From Thermoplasmata archaeon (GTDB taxonomy: Archaea > Thermoplasmatota > Thermoplasmata > Lutacidiplasmatales > UBA184): 64,000 nt of DNA. Where the stretch lies: NCBI GenBank assembly GCA_052326485.1, contig JBKQMS010000015.1:5492-69491 (forward strand), written 5' to 3'. Every line of letters begins with the position of its first letter. Position 1 is the first letter of the stretch. Positions 9,724-19,200 of the stretch are shown one piece after another. The notes under the pieces are model-generated. The model made no database searches and was not told the DNA's origin. It saw only the letters and a list, made by a program, of their open reading frames with translations. Position numbers and translations under genes: made by a program.

Positions 9724-10173
9724 ATGAATCCCAACGCCGTCAGGCCGCGGGCGTTCGACCTCGTGACGGCCGGGTCGGCGAACCGTCATTTCTGGCATCG
9801 ACCTCCGACCCGCCTAGCCCTCGGCCCGGAGGGGATCCGAATCGACTACGGCCCGACCCGATCGCGGGTCCTCCGGTGGGACAATCCCAGGCTCCAGTTC
9901 GCCCTGCTCGACTTCCGCAGAGCTACGCACAATCGTCCCCCCTGGGTGCGACGCCCGAAACGGTTCGAATTCCGCTATCGACCGGAGCTGGGCACGTCGG
10001 CCTTTGCCATCTCCGAAGAGGCTTTCCAGGCCCTTTCCGACGCGGCGCGCTCGGTCGGCCTCATCTTGGGACCATCGGTCGTCGGTGCGGGAATCCCGGC
10101 GGGAACGAAAGTTTCGCACTACGCCCGGAGACCGCTCCGTTGGTGGTCCCGAGTGAAAGGGGCATCGCCGTAG
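9724..10173 (+). CDS. hypothetical protein
   Basis: 149-aa ORF with an ATG start and high third-position G+C. No family recognised. Confidence 0.45.
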   Translation: MNPNAVRPRAFDLVTAGSANRHFWHRPPTRLALGPEGIRIDYGPTRSRVLRWDNPRLQFALLDFRRATHNRPPWVRRPKRFEFRYRPELGTSAFAISEEAFQALSDAARSVGLILGPSVVGAGIPAGTKVSHYARRPLRWWSRVKGASP

Positions 10174-10307
10174 TCCCGTCCGGCCGCCGAGATCAAGCGC
10201 TCCTCTCGGCGGAGTTCTGGCTGCGAGGGATCGGAGGCCACGCGCCCTCCCTCGAGACGGGCGGCCGCCGGTTCGAGTCGGTCGCGCTCTCTACTCGCTC
10301 CGTGGTT

Positions 10308-10315
10308 GATTTATC
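10308..10315 (+). promoter_or_regulatory. candidate TATA box for the downstream MFS gene
   Basis: gatttatc is an AT island in GC-rich DNA, about 33 nt upstream of ATG 10345. Confidence 0.35.
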
Positions 10316-10344
10316 AGGGGAGGTAGTGGGCGGCCAATTCCGAG

Positions 10345-11823
10345 ATGGCCGACTCACCGTCCCAACAGCGTTGGATCCTCTTCATCGTCATCCTCGGGAC
10401 CCTGATGGCCTCGGTGGACACCACCATCGTGCTCCTAGCGTTTCCGACGATCGCCGGAGACCTGCACGCAGGTCTGTCGACCGTCCTCTGGACGATCCTG
10501 ATCTACCTGTTGCTGGTGTCGATCCTCACGACCCAAGCGGGCCGCATCAGCGACCTGTTCGGGCACGGTCGGCTCTACAACCTGGGGTTCGTGGTCTTCA
10601 CCGTGGGCTCGGCCCTCTGCGGCTTCGCCCCGACGGCGGAGAGCCTGGTCGCGTTCCGCGGGATCCAGGCGGTCGGCGGCGCGTTCATGGTCGCCACCGG
10701 AACGGCGATTCTCGCCGACACGTTTCCCCCGGCGGTCCGGGGAAGGGTCTTCGGGTTCACCGCCATGGGGTGGAACGTTGGGGCGACCCTCGGCATCGTC
10801 CTAGGCGGCGTCCTCACGACCTTCGTCGGCTGGCGGTACATCTTCTTCATCAATGTCCCGATCGGGGTCGTCGCCGTCTCTCTCGGCTACCGGTATCTCG
10901 GGGTGGGGAACCGCACCAAGGCGAGCCTGGACGTGGTCGGGATGCTCCTGCTCGCGGCCGTGCTCGGACTGATCGTCTACGGAACCACCGATTTCGCTTC
11001 CTACGGCGCCACGACGTGGAACCTGACCCTCATCGCTCTCGGCGCCGTGATGGCCGTGCCGTTCCTCTGGTGGGAACGACGCGCGGTCAGTCCCACCATC
11101 AACCTCCTATTGTTCCGTTCCCGGCTGCTCTCACGATCTTTAGGGGCGTCGTTCCTCCAGAGTTTGGGATACCTCGCCACCGTGTTCCTCCTGATCATGT
11201 ACCTCCAGGGAATCCGAGCGCTCACGCCGCTCGACGCGTCGTTGCTCCTCGTCCCGGGCTACGTTCTGTCCTCGGGTCTCGCACCGGTGGCGGGCCGCTG
11301 GGCCGACCGATGGGGGCCCGCCCGTCTCGCCACACTCGGCATCGCGTTCATGCTCGTAGGAGTGCTTCTGTATGCCCAGGTGGGGCTGTCGACCCCGCTC
11401 CTGTTCGTGGCGCTCATCTCCCTGGTCACGGGGATCGGCGGCGCGTTGTTCTGGCCCTCCAACAACAAGGCCGTGATGCACGACGTTCCGCCGGGATACT
11501 ATGGCTCGGTCTCGGGACTTCTCCGGACCCTGTCCAACCTGGGCACTATCGGTAGCTATACGCTCGTGATCACCGTCGCCTCGTTGGCCATTCCCCGCGC
11601 CGTCGCGTTCCAGGTGTTCGTGGGCGGTCGTGGAGTGATCGGCTCCGTATCGACCGACTTCCTGACGGCGATCCACACGGCGTTCTACGTGATGGCCGCC
11701 GTGTTGGTGGTGGCCGCCATCCTCTCGGCGACCCGCCCGGGACGGAACGACGCCATCGTGCCGACGGGCCCGGCGCAAGTGACCGGCGAGGTTCGTCCGG
11801 TCGAAGGTCATCGACCCTCCTGA
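10345..11823 (+). CDS. MFS transporter, DHA2 (14-TMS, EmrB-like) type
   Basis: 492 aa with about 14 hydrophobic segments. N-terminal LMASVDTTIV and a GRISDLFG-type MFS loop motif. Confidence 0.85.
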   Translation: MADSPSQQRWILFIVILGTLMASVDTTIVLLAFPTIAGDLHAGLSTVLWTILIYLLLVSILTTQAGRISDLFGHGRLYNLGFVVFTVGSALCGFAPTAESLVAFRGIQAVGGAFMVATGTAILADTFPPAVRGRVFGFTAMGWNVGATLGIVLGGVLTTFVGWRYIFFINVPIGVVAVSLGYRYLGVGNRTKASLDVVGMLLLAAVLGLIVYGTTDFASYGATTWNLTLIALGAVMAVPFLWWERRAVSPTINLLLFRSRLLSRSLGASFLQSLGYLATVFLLIMYLQGIRALTPLDASLLLVPGYVLSSGLAPVAGRWADRWGPARLATLGIAFMLVGVLLYAQVGLSTPLLFVALISLVTGIGGALFWPSNNKAVMHDVPPGYYGSVSGLLRTLSNLGTIGSYTLVITVASLAIPRAVAFQVFVGGRGVIGSVSTDFLTAIHTAFYVMAAVLVVAAILSATRPGRNDAIVPTGPAQVTGEVRPVEGHRPS

Positions 11824-11863
11824 GAGGACGAGCATCGAGGTCTGGACCGCGGACGACCGGCCG

Positions 11864-12598
11864 TCAACGGGGCTTGGTCCCGATGAGCAGCCCGCGATCG
11901 GGCATCAGCCCGCGGGCCAGGAAACGGGACCGGAGTCCGACCACCTCCATCAGCTCGACGAGCCGTGTCCGAGAGACCAACAGCCCCACGTCGGTGATGC
12001 CGACGTGGCGGACTCTGCGGCCGGGTTCCGAGATCAGGAAATGGTATCGGATGATCGAGCGGTTTCCGCGGCGTGCGGAGAACGCGACCCGGGCCACCTT
12101 GACGGTCGGACCGTCGTAGGTTCGAGCATGGACCATGGCTGGCCGGAACTTCGAGGGGTCGATCCAAGGCTCCACGATCACGACCCCGCCGGGGTTCAGG
12201 TGCCGGGCCAGATTCGCGAATGCGACCCGAAGGTCCTGCTCGGTTGGCAAGTGCCCGATGGCACTGAAGAGGCAGCTCACGACGTCGAACCGCTGGTCCA
12301 GCCGGAACGCCCGCATGTCCCCGAGCACGAGCCGGACCCCCGGGAGACGGTGGCGGGCGATCCTGAGCATCTCGCGGCTGCCGTCGACCCCGACCACCGG
12401 GTGCTTCCGACGAAGGAACTCGAGGTGTCGCCCGGTCCCGCAGGCCACATCCACCCACGTCGTTCGCCCCTGTCGGCCAAAACGCCGCGCGATCGCCTCG
12501 AGGCGCTCGGTCTCGGCGCGGTAATCCTTCGTCGAGTTCAGGCCGTCGTAGTACTTCGCGAGCTCCCCGTAGAACTGGGAAGACTTCGAGCTCGTCAT
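11864..12598 (-). CDS. class I SAM-dependent methyltransferase
   Basis: Start moved to ATG 12596-12598 (MTSSKSSQFYGELAKYYD). SAM motif I is VDVACGTGRH. Confidence 0.8.
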   Translation of the reverse strand: MTSSKSSQFYGELAKYYDGLNSTKDYRAETERLEAIARRFGRQGRTTWVDVACGTGRHLEFLRRKHPVVGVDGSREMLRIARHRLPGVRLVLGDMRAFRLDQRFDVVSCLFSAIGHLPTEQDLRVAFANLARHLNPGGVVIVEPWIDPSKFRPAMVHARTYDGPTVKVARVAFSARRGNRSIIRYHFLISEPGRRVRHVGITDVGLLVSRTRLVELMEVVGLRSRFLARGLMPDRGLLIGTKPR

Positions 12599-12626
12599 GG
12601 CGCTACTGGACCTCGGTCGCGCGGTC

Positions 12627-13046
12627 CTAGGCGAGCTCGCTTCGCGACGGGCGTCGGCCGATCGTAATCCAGATCCCATCGGGGTCGGTGACGCTCGCCA
12701 TCCAGCCCCCGGTCGTCGAGGGGTCGTACCCCGTCGGCATGGCACCCTGCTTGATCAGGCGGCGGTAGACGCGTTCGAGCTCCTTCCGGGGCACCACGCC
12801 TAGCGTGAAGTCGAGATGGTCGACCCCGTCCCCGGGGCGGTACGGTCCCGAAAACAGCGACCCTTTCGGGTACCAGTTCAGCTCGAGCTTCCGGCGCGAG
12901 CGGGGGTCCTCGAGGAGCACCCAGATGCCTCCGCCCCAGGTTCGTGTGTCTCCTCGGCGGACCTCCCGGAGCCCCAACGCTTTGGTGTAGAAGCGGAGCG
13001 AACGCTGTAGGTGGGTCACCCGCAGTCCGACGTTCTCGAACCTCAT
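12627..13046 (-). CDS. VOC (glyoxalase/bleomycin-resistance/dioxygenase) family protein
   Basis: Start moved to ATG 13044-13046 (MRFENVGLRVTHLQRSLRFY...). Typical VOC beta-alpha-beta-beta-beta pattern. Confidence 0.7.
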   Translation of the reverse strand: MRFENVGLRVTHLQRSLRFYTKALGLREVRRGDTRTWGGGIWVLLEDPRSRRKLELNWYPKGSLFSGPYRPGDGVDHLDFTLGVVPRKELERVYRRLIKQGAMPTGYDPSTTGGWMASVTDPDGIWITIGRRPSRSELA

Positions 13047-13150
13047 GCCGATCGGATGGGCAGGTAGCCTATACCCCTGACGCCACCGCCAGAGAACCGC
13101 CAAGGAACGCGGGGGGCCACGTGAGTGGTTAGCCTCGGCGACCCGACCGG

Positions 13151-13597
13151 CTAGGGCGCGGGAGCGGCCGGGACCTCACCGGGTTCGGTCTCTTTCACGA
13201 ACTCGTGGTCCTCCCACATGTCGTACGCGATCGCGACGGCGGCGAGCTGCGTGATGATCGCGATGGCGAGCACGACGTGCAGGAGCAGGATGAATCGGAA
13301 CACCGAGACGTTCGCCACCGGGATGACCCAGGAGCTGCCCACGTTGAACCACAAGAAGAGGCCCAGGACGACCGTGACGATGGAAAGGTCCCGCGACGCT
13401 TTCGCGATCCGCTTGACCCGTCCGGGAACCCGGGTCTTTCGGAGCTGGTCGAAGCAGTAGTACATGATCAGGACAATCCCGAAGCCCAGGACCAAGTGGA
13501 TGTAGGGAACCGGGGCGGGCGGGTCCGGCCACATCCCGAACAGGAACTCGAAGAACACGACCCAGATGACCAGATAGAGCGCCGACCAGAGCTTCAT
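13151..13597 (-). CDS. integral membrane protein (about 4 TM)
   Basis: Start moved to ATG 13595-13597, preceded by GGAGG with 8-nt spacing. Four hydrophobic segments. Confidence 0.6.
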   Translation of the reverse strand: MKLWSALYLVIWVVFFEFLFGMWPDPPAPVPYIHLVLGFGIVLIMYYCFDQLRKTRVPGRVKRIAKASRDLSIVTVVLGLFLWFNVGSSWVIPVANVSVFRFILLLHVVLAIAIITQLAAVAIAYDMWEDHEFVKETEPGEVPAAPAP

Positions 13598-13757
13598 CCG
13601 CCTTTCCTCCCACTGGGGCGAAGAACCCCGCACTTCGGGGACGCGAATCCGGATACCGGGCTAAGAAGCCTCGGTCAACTCCTCGTCATCCCCAGGGCCG
13701 GCACTGGCCCACCTTTGGGCGGGCGCGGAACGATGGGCAGGCCATTCTGGGCGGCGG

Positions 13758-14408
13758 CTATCCGACCTCGAAACCGTCCAGGAATCCCCACCAGGCTTCG
13801 AGCGAGTCCCGGAGGCCCCGCTCCGCGTCGCGGCCCGCGTTCGGGTCCCCCCGCAGGTAATCCCTCAGCAGACGGCGCTCGGCGGCCGAGTGCTCGACGT
13901 CCGCGAGGGCGTGGACCCGAAAGAATTCGTGCGCCGGTTGCGACCGAATCCCGTAGTGAGTGCGCAGTCCGCGGGACTTCTCGGCCGCGACCTCGGGGAA
14001 CTGGGATTCGTACGCGTAGAGGGCCCCCAGCGCCGCGGGCGCGCCTCCCCCGAGAGTGTGCCGCTCGTACGCTCGCAAGAGACGACGGGTCGGAGCCGCT
14101 GCCTCCGGGGGAGGGATGCGAGCTCCGATCGCCCGAGCGAAGTCCAGCCAGAGCTCGGGATGGGTCGGGGGTCGCCCCTCTTCATCCATAAGGTTCTCCA
14201 GAAGGACACGACGGCGGGCTGGGTCCAGGATCCGAGAGTAGGCCCCCGCCACGTACCGGGGGAAATTCTGCTCGAAATGGTAGTACTGACCGGCATACTC
14301 ACGTAGCGTCTCGATAGGGAGTTCTCCCCTGGACCACGCCGCGTAGAACGGATGCCGAAGCAAGTGCCGTCGCCGAACGAGTTTGTCGAGGTCGCCGATC
14401 GTCGTCAT
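13758..14408 (-). CDS. CADD/PqqC-like heme-oxygenase-fold di-metal protein (TenA_C superfamily)
   Basis: 216 aa. HPFYAAWSRGEL, NLMDEEGRPPTHPELW, LYAYESQFPEVAAEKSRGL and FFRVHALADVEHS match the ligand pattern (E..H, E, H-x3-D-x2-H) of chlamydial CADD. The Tyr (FY) and Lys (EK) positions also match. Confidence 0.85.
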   Translation of the reverse strand: MTTIGDLDKLVRRRHLLRHPFYAAWSRGELPIETLREYAGQYYHFEQNFPRYVAGAYSRILDPARRRVLLENLMDEEGRPPTHPELWLDFARAIGARIPPPEAAAPTRRLLRAYERHTLGGGAPAALGALYAYESQFPEVAAEKSRGLRTHYGIRSQPAHEFFRVHALADVEHSAAERRLLRDYLRGDPNAGRDAERGLRDSLEAWWGFLDGFEVG

Positions 14409-14509
14409 CCAAGGCGGGAGCTCGAGGAAGGATTCTTACTTTTCGGTCGGCCCGTGGGGGTTCTTCGGGTCCTCTTCGAGGACCCCCAGAAGTCCCAAGT
14501 GTCTGGCGA

Positions 14510-14610
14510 CCGCGGCCGCACGGGTGCGGGGCTTGAACGTTCCTTCGACCCCGACTCGTGCTCTCGAGAAGGTGCTGGGCGGGGCCTCGCCGCTCCGTCG
14601 GCCCGGGTTC
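14510..14610 (+). repeat. intergenic element copy E
   Basis: gaacgttccttcgacc (14535-14550) resembles gaacgaaccttccgatt at 57671. The 11-mer aaggtgctggg (14569-14579) is identical to 56573-56583. ctgggcgggg..cctcgcc resembles 57569-57593. Confidence 0.45.
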
Positions 14611-14691
14611 GGCGACCTTGAGTCTGGCGCCGGAGGATCACCTTTGACGTTCCCTCCATATAGACCGCGCCGGTGACCCACCCCGCTCCGA

Positions 14692-15483
14692 ATGGCGGCG
14701 GACCAGGTCAGACGCGATTTCGACACCCTTTCGTCGGTGTACGACGAGACGCGGGAACCGCTCGACCCCGGGACAATCCAAGGCCTCCAGGCGTACCTCG
14801 CGGAGCATCGCTGGAGCCGGGTCCTCGAGGTCGGCGTCGGGACCGGTCGGGTCGCCCGCCCGCTCGTGGACCGGGGCGTGCACGTGGTAGGCGTGGACGC
14901 TTCGCGCGGGATGCTGGGTCGCGCAGCCGCGAAGGGTCTCCCATACTTGGTGCGGGGAGACGCCTACTGCCTTCCGTTCGCGGACGGCGCCTTCGACGCG
15001 GCTCTCTTCGTTCACGTTCTCCACATACTGGACCGACCCAGTCTTGGCCTTCGCGAGGCCGCCCGGGTCGGTCGGCACGGCGTCCTCGCGATCCTGAACC
15101 TTCCCGCCAAGACGGAGCAGGGCGCCGACCCGCCCCCGGAAGAGGAACCGCGCCGGATCGTCCGGGAGGCCCTGACCGAGGCGGGCTACCCTGACCTCCT
15201 TCGTGCGGGTCCCCGGGCCAAGGAACAGAAGATCCTCCGGACCTATCCGCCGACCGAGCTGCGGGTGTTGAGCGACCGCGAGGTCACCGAGCCGCTCACG
15301 AAGCGCCTCGACCTGATCGAAAAGCGAGCGTATCGCCACGTCCTTCGGGTTCCTCCCGACGCTCTCGCTCGCGCCGTCGCCTCTGCGCGGGAGCGGGTGG
15401 GCACGCGGACGGTGACCTACCGCCGAACGGAAGCAGTCGCGTGGTGGGACGGCCCGCCGGGTTCCCCGGCCCGGCCACGTTGA
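14692..15483 (+). CDS. class I SAM-dependent methyltransferase
   Basis: 263 aa. SAM motif I is VLEVGVGTGR. catatag lies about 33 nt upstream of the ATG. Confidence 0.75.
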   Translation: MAADQVRRDFDTLSSVYDETREPLDPGTIQGLQAYLAEHRWSRVLEVGVGTGRVARPLVDRGVHVVGVDASRGMLGRAAAKGLPYLVRGDAYCLPFADGAFDAALFVHVLHILDRPSLGLREAARVGRHGVLAILNLPAKTEQGADPPPEEEPRRIVREALTEAGYPDLLRAGPRAKEQKILRTYPPTELRVLSDREVTEPLTKRLDLIEKRAYRHVLRVPPDALARAVASARERVGTRTVTYRRTEAVAWWDGPPGSPARPR

Positions 15484-15503
15484 CGGGGTCGGACGGCGGC
15501 GGT

Positions 15504-18188
15504 CTACTTCTCGAATCGGTGCGCCATGACGTACGGCAGGACGCCGCCGGCCCGGTAGTACTCGAGCTCGGTGGCGGAGTTCAGCCGGCACGTGACGGTG
15601 AACGTGCGAGCAGTGCCGTCCTCGGCCCGGGCGATGACCTCGACAGGGCTCCCGGGACCCAGGGACGTACCTGCGGGAAGGCGCAGCGTGAACGATTCCC
15701 GACCCGTTAGGCCGAGCTGCCTCCAGCCTTCCCCCGGCCGGAACGCCAGCGGGAGAACGCCCATCTCGACCAGGTTCGCCCGGTGGATCCTCTCATAGCT
15801 CTCGGCGATCACGGCACCGACCCCGAGTAGACGCGGGCCCTTGGCGGCCCAGTCCCGTGAGCTTCCCTGGCCGTAGCTCTTGCCCGCCAGGACGAGGAGC
15901 GGGGTCCCCTCGGTCCGGTACCGCTCGGACGCCTCGAAGATCGTCACCGCCTCCCCAGACGGGACGTGGACGGTATGGCCGCCTTCCTTCCCACCGGCGA
16001 GCTGGTTCTTGAGGCGGACGTTCGCGAAGGTGCCCCGTACCATGACCTCGTGATGGCCCCGTCGCGCACCGTAGGTGTTGAAGTCCCCTACCACGACCCC
16101 GTGGACGAGGAGGTACCTCCCCGCGGGAGAATCCTGAGGGATCTCACCCGCGGGAGAGATGTGGTCGGTCGAGACCCGGTCGCCGAGGAGCACGAGCGCC
16201 CGAGCCGCCGCCGCGAGGATCCCGTCCCTCGGAAGCCACGGAGTCGGAAGGTCGAGGTAGGGGGCGAGCGCGAGGTACGTGGAATCGGACGACCACCCGT
16301 ACTGGGCGCCCCGGGGCGGGTCCAGGGACTCCCAGCGATGGTCTCCCTGCTCGATCGTACGATACTTCTCCTGGAACATCGACGCGTCGAGGTTGGCCTC
16401 GACGATCCGCCGCACCTCGTCCGCCGATGGCCACAGGTCGCGTAGGAACACGGGCGAGCCGTCCGGTCGGTGGCCGAGCGGCTCGCGGGTCAGGTCGACG
16501 TCGACCCTGCCCGCGAGGGCGTAGGCGACGACGAGCATCGGGGAGGCCAGGTAGTTCGCGCGGACCTCGTTATGGACCCGGGCCTCGAAGTTCCGGTTGC
16601 CGCTCAGGACGGCTGCCACGAAGAGGTCACGGTCTCGGACCTGCTGGCTCACCGGCGGCAGGAGCGGCCCGGAGTTGCCGATGCAGGTGGTGCATCCGTA
16701 CCCCACCACCTCGAACCCCAGCCGGTCGAGGAACGGAAGGAGACCCGCCCGCTCTAGGTAGGCCGTCACGACCTTGGAGCCGGGCGCGAGGGACGTCTTG
16801 ACGTGCGGGGGGACCTTGAGACCGAGCTCGGCCGCGCGCTTCGCGATCAGCCCGGCGCCCACCATCACGCTCGGGTTCGACGTGTTCGTGCAGCTCGTGA
16901 TCGCCGCGATGACCACCGAACCGTCCTCGACCGGTGGGGCGAGGCGATCCGCGGCGGAGGCCGGCGAAGGAGGGCGACTCTTGCGGTAGGAGGCGAGCGC
17001 CGCCCGGAAGGAGCCCGCGGCGTCGCCGAGCGCGACGCCTTCCTCCGGGTTCTTGGGTCCGGAGACCATCGGCACGATCGACCCGAGGTCGATCACCAGG
17101 ACCTCGTCGTAGTCCACGGAGCACGGGGCGGGCGAGCCCCAGAGACCCTGGGCGCGGGCGTACGCCTCGACGCGAGCGACATGGTCCGGGCTCCGACCCG
17201 TGCCGCGAAGGTACGCGATCGTCGCCTCGTCGATCGGGAAGAGGGCGGCGGTCGCTCCGTACTCCGGGCACATGTTCGAGACGGTGGCCCGGTCGGGCAC
17301 CGCGAGGTGGCCGACGCCGGGTCCGAAGAACTCCACGAACTTGTCGACGACCCCCTTCTCCCGCAGCCGGCGCGTGACGGTCAGGACGAGGTCGGTCGCG
17401 GTGGCGCCCTCGGACAGCGACCCGGTGAGCTCCACGCCCACGACGGTGGGAGGGGCGAGGAAGTACGGTTCGCCGAGCATGACGGCCTCGGCCTCGATCC
17501 CACCGACTCCCCAACTGAGGACCGAGACGCCGTTCACCATGGTCGTGTGCGAGTCGGTCCCGATGAGGGTGTCCGGGAACGCGACCCGGCTCCCGTCCGA
17601 CCCGCGGACCTCGACCACGCTCGAGAGGTGCTCGAGGTTGACCTGGTGGCAGATCCCGTTCCCGGGGGGGACGATCCGGACGTTGGCGAAGGCGCCCTTG
17701 GCCCAGCGGAGGAAGCGGTAGCGCTCTGCGTTGCGTTCGTACTCCCGGTCGAGGTTGATCCCGAGCGAACGCGCTGAGCCGAAGCTGTCGACCTGGACCG
17801 AGTGGTCGATGACGAGGTCGACCGGGACGACCGGGTTCACCCGGGTCGGGTCCACGCCCCGACGGTCGGCGGCGTGGCGGAGGGTGGAGAGGTCGACGAT
17901 CACCGGAACGCCGGTGAAATCCTGGAGCAGGACCCGTTCGGGGTAGTAGGCGAACTCGGTCCCCTCGGCGAGGTGCTCGCCGTTCGCGAGGGCCACGAGC
18001 GTCTTTGGGTCCGTCACGCGCACGTCCCAGTGTCGAAGGACGTTCTCGAGGAGAACCCGGGTCGTCCGGGGGCGCCGGACGAACCGGTCCGGGTCGACCC
18101 CGGCGAGGCGTTCCGGGCGGTAGATCGTGGCGCGCTCGGAGCCCCAGGTCAGCGAGTCGGTCACGCGAAGCGGGTCGGACGAGCCCAT
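15504..18188 (-). CDS. acnA: aconitate hydratase
   Basis: Start moved to ATG 18186-18188. Fe-S ligand motifs IGTDSHTTM and CTTCIGNSG. Full-length AcnA-type architecture of about 894 aa. Confidence 0.95.
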   Translation of the reverse strand: MGSSDPLRVTDSLTWGSERATIYRPERLAGVDPDRFVRRPRTTRVLLENVLRHWDVRVTDPKTLVALANGEHLAEGTEFAYYPERVLLQDFTGVPVIVDLSTLRHAADRRGVDPTRVNPVVPVDLVIDHSVQVDSFGSARSLGINLDREYERNAERYRFLRWAKGAFANVRIVPPGNGICHQVNLEHLSSVVEVRGSDGSRVAFPDTLIGTDSHTTMVNGVSVLSWGVGGIEAEAVMLGEPYFLAPPTVVGVELTGSLSEGATATDLVLTVTRRLREKGVVDKFVEFFGPGVGHLAVPDRATVSNMCPEYGATAALFPIDEATIAYLRGTGRSPDHVARVEAYARAQGLWGSPAPCSVDYDEVLVIDLGSIVPMVSGPKNPEEGVALGDAAGSFRAALASYRKSRPPSPASAADRLAPPVEDGSVVIAAITSCTNTSNPSVMVGAGLIAKRAAELGLKVPPHVKTSLAPGSKVVTAYLERAGLLPFLDRLGFEVVGYGCTTCIGNSGPLLPPVSQQVRDRDLFVAAVLSGNRNFEARVHNEVRANYLASPMLVVAYALAGRVDVDLTREPLGHRPDGSPVFLRDLWPSADEVRRIVEANLDASMFQEKYRTIEQGDHRWESLDPPRGAQYGWSSDSTYLALAPYLDLPTPWLPRDGILAAAARALVLLGDRVSTDHISPAGEIPQDSPAGRYLLVHGVVVGDFNTYGARRGHHEVMVRGTFANVRLKNQLAGGKEGGHTVHVPSGEAVTIFEASERYRTEGTPLLVLAGKSYGQGSSRDWAAKGPRLLGVGAVIAESYERIHRANLVEMGVLPLAFRPGEGWRQLGLTGRESFTLRLPAGTSLGPGSPVEVIARAEDGTARTFTVTCRLNSATELEYYRAGGVLPYVMAHRFEK

Positions 18189-18234
18189 GACGGGGCAGGG
18201 GGTGTGGGCTTTTGGGCTCTTTGGCCGCGCCGGG

Positions 18235-19200
18235 CTAGTCCGGGGCCAAGGGGACCGACCGCTCCCAGCCGAGCCGCACATGCGCTCCCGGCAGGGGAAC
18301 CGGCCCCGTCGTCCTCATCTCGAGCCGCTGGCCGTCGTCCGTCCGTAGGACCACCTGGTTCTCCCGTCCGACCGGGCCGGCGATGAGGACGGTGGCGCCG
18401 AGTCCTCCGGTGGCCGAAGGGAGGAGTTGCAGGTCGGTCGGCAGGACCCCCACGATGCTCGCCGGGCCGGCGAGGACGTTGTATCCCAGGAACCGGGCGG
18501 CCCGGGCCGTGCCCGGGCTCCCGAACACGTCGGACGGGTGGCCAAGGGCGTGGAGTCCCCCGTCGAACAGAAGTCCGACCCGGTCCCCGAGGAAGAGCCC
18601 CTCCTCGCGGTCGTGCGTGACATGGATCGCCGAGGTGCCGGACGCGCGGAGGACCTGCCGGAACTCCGACCGAAGCTCGGCCTTGAGCTCGACATCGATC
18701 GATGCGAACGGCTCGTCGAGGAGGACAAGGCGGGGACGAGCGGCCAGGGTGCGCGCGAGGGCGACGCGCTGGAGCTCTCCGCCCGAGAGCTGGTCGGGCC
18801 GCCGGTCCTCGAACCCGGAGAGGTGGAGGAGCGCGACGAGCCGCCCGACCTCCTCCTTCACTTCGGCGGTCGGGCGACGCTTCAGTAGGGGGGCGTAGGC
18901 GATGTTCTCGTAGACCGACCGGTGGGGGAAGAGCGCCGGGTCCTGGAACATCAGGGCGATCCCCCGCTCGTGGGGAGGGAGGCGCGTCACGTCGCGCCCG
19001 TCGAGGAGGATCGACCCCTCCGTGGGACGCTCGAGGCCAGCGAGGCATCGGAGCAACGTCGTCTTGCCGCAGCCGTTCGGTCCGAGGAGGACCAGGAACT
19101 CGCCCTCGCCGATGTCGAACGAGACGTCGCGGAAGACCGGGACCCCGTCCCACGCGGCGGAGAGGTTCCGGACCTCGAGGAGCACCCTAGAGCTCGACAC
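18235..19200 (-). CDS. ABC transporter ATP-binding protein (ThiQ/FbpC/PotA-like, with C-terminal extension)
   Basis: Walker A GPNGCGKTT, signature LSGGELQRVALAR, Walker B LLDEPF. GTG start. Overlaps the permease stop by 14 nt. Confidence 0.85.
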   Translation of the reverse strand: MSSSRVLLEVRNLSAAWDGVPVFRDVSFDIGEGEFLVLLGPNGCGKTTLLRCLAGLERPTEGSILLDGRDVTRLPPHERGIALMFQDPALFPHRSVYENIAYAPLLKRRPTAEVKEEVGRLVALLHLSGFEDRRPDQLSGGELQRVALARTLAARPRLVLLDEPFASIDVELKAELRSEFRQVLRASGTSAIHVTHDREEGLFLGDRVGLLFDGGLHALGHPSDVFGSPGTARAARFLGYNVLAGPASIVGVLPTDLQLLPSATGGLGATVLIAGPVGRENQVVLRTDDGQRLEMRTTGPVPLPGAHVRLGWERSVPLAPD

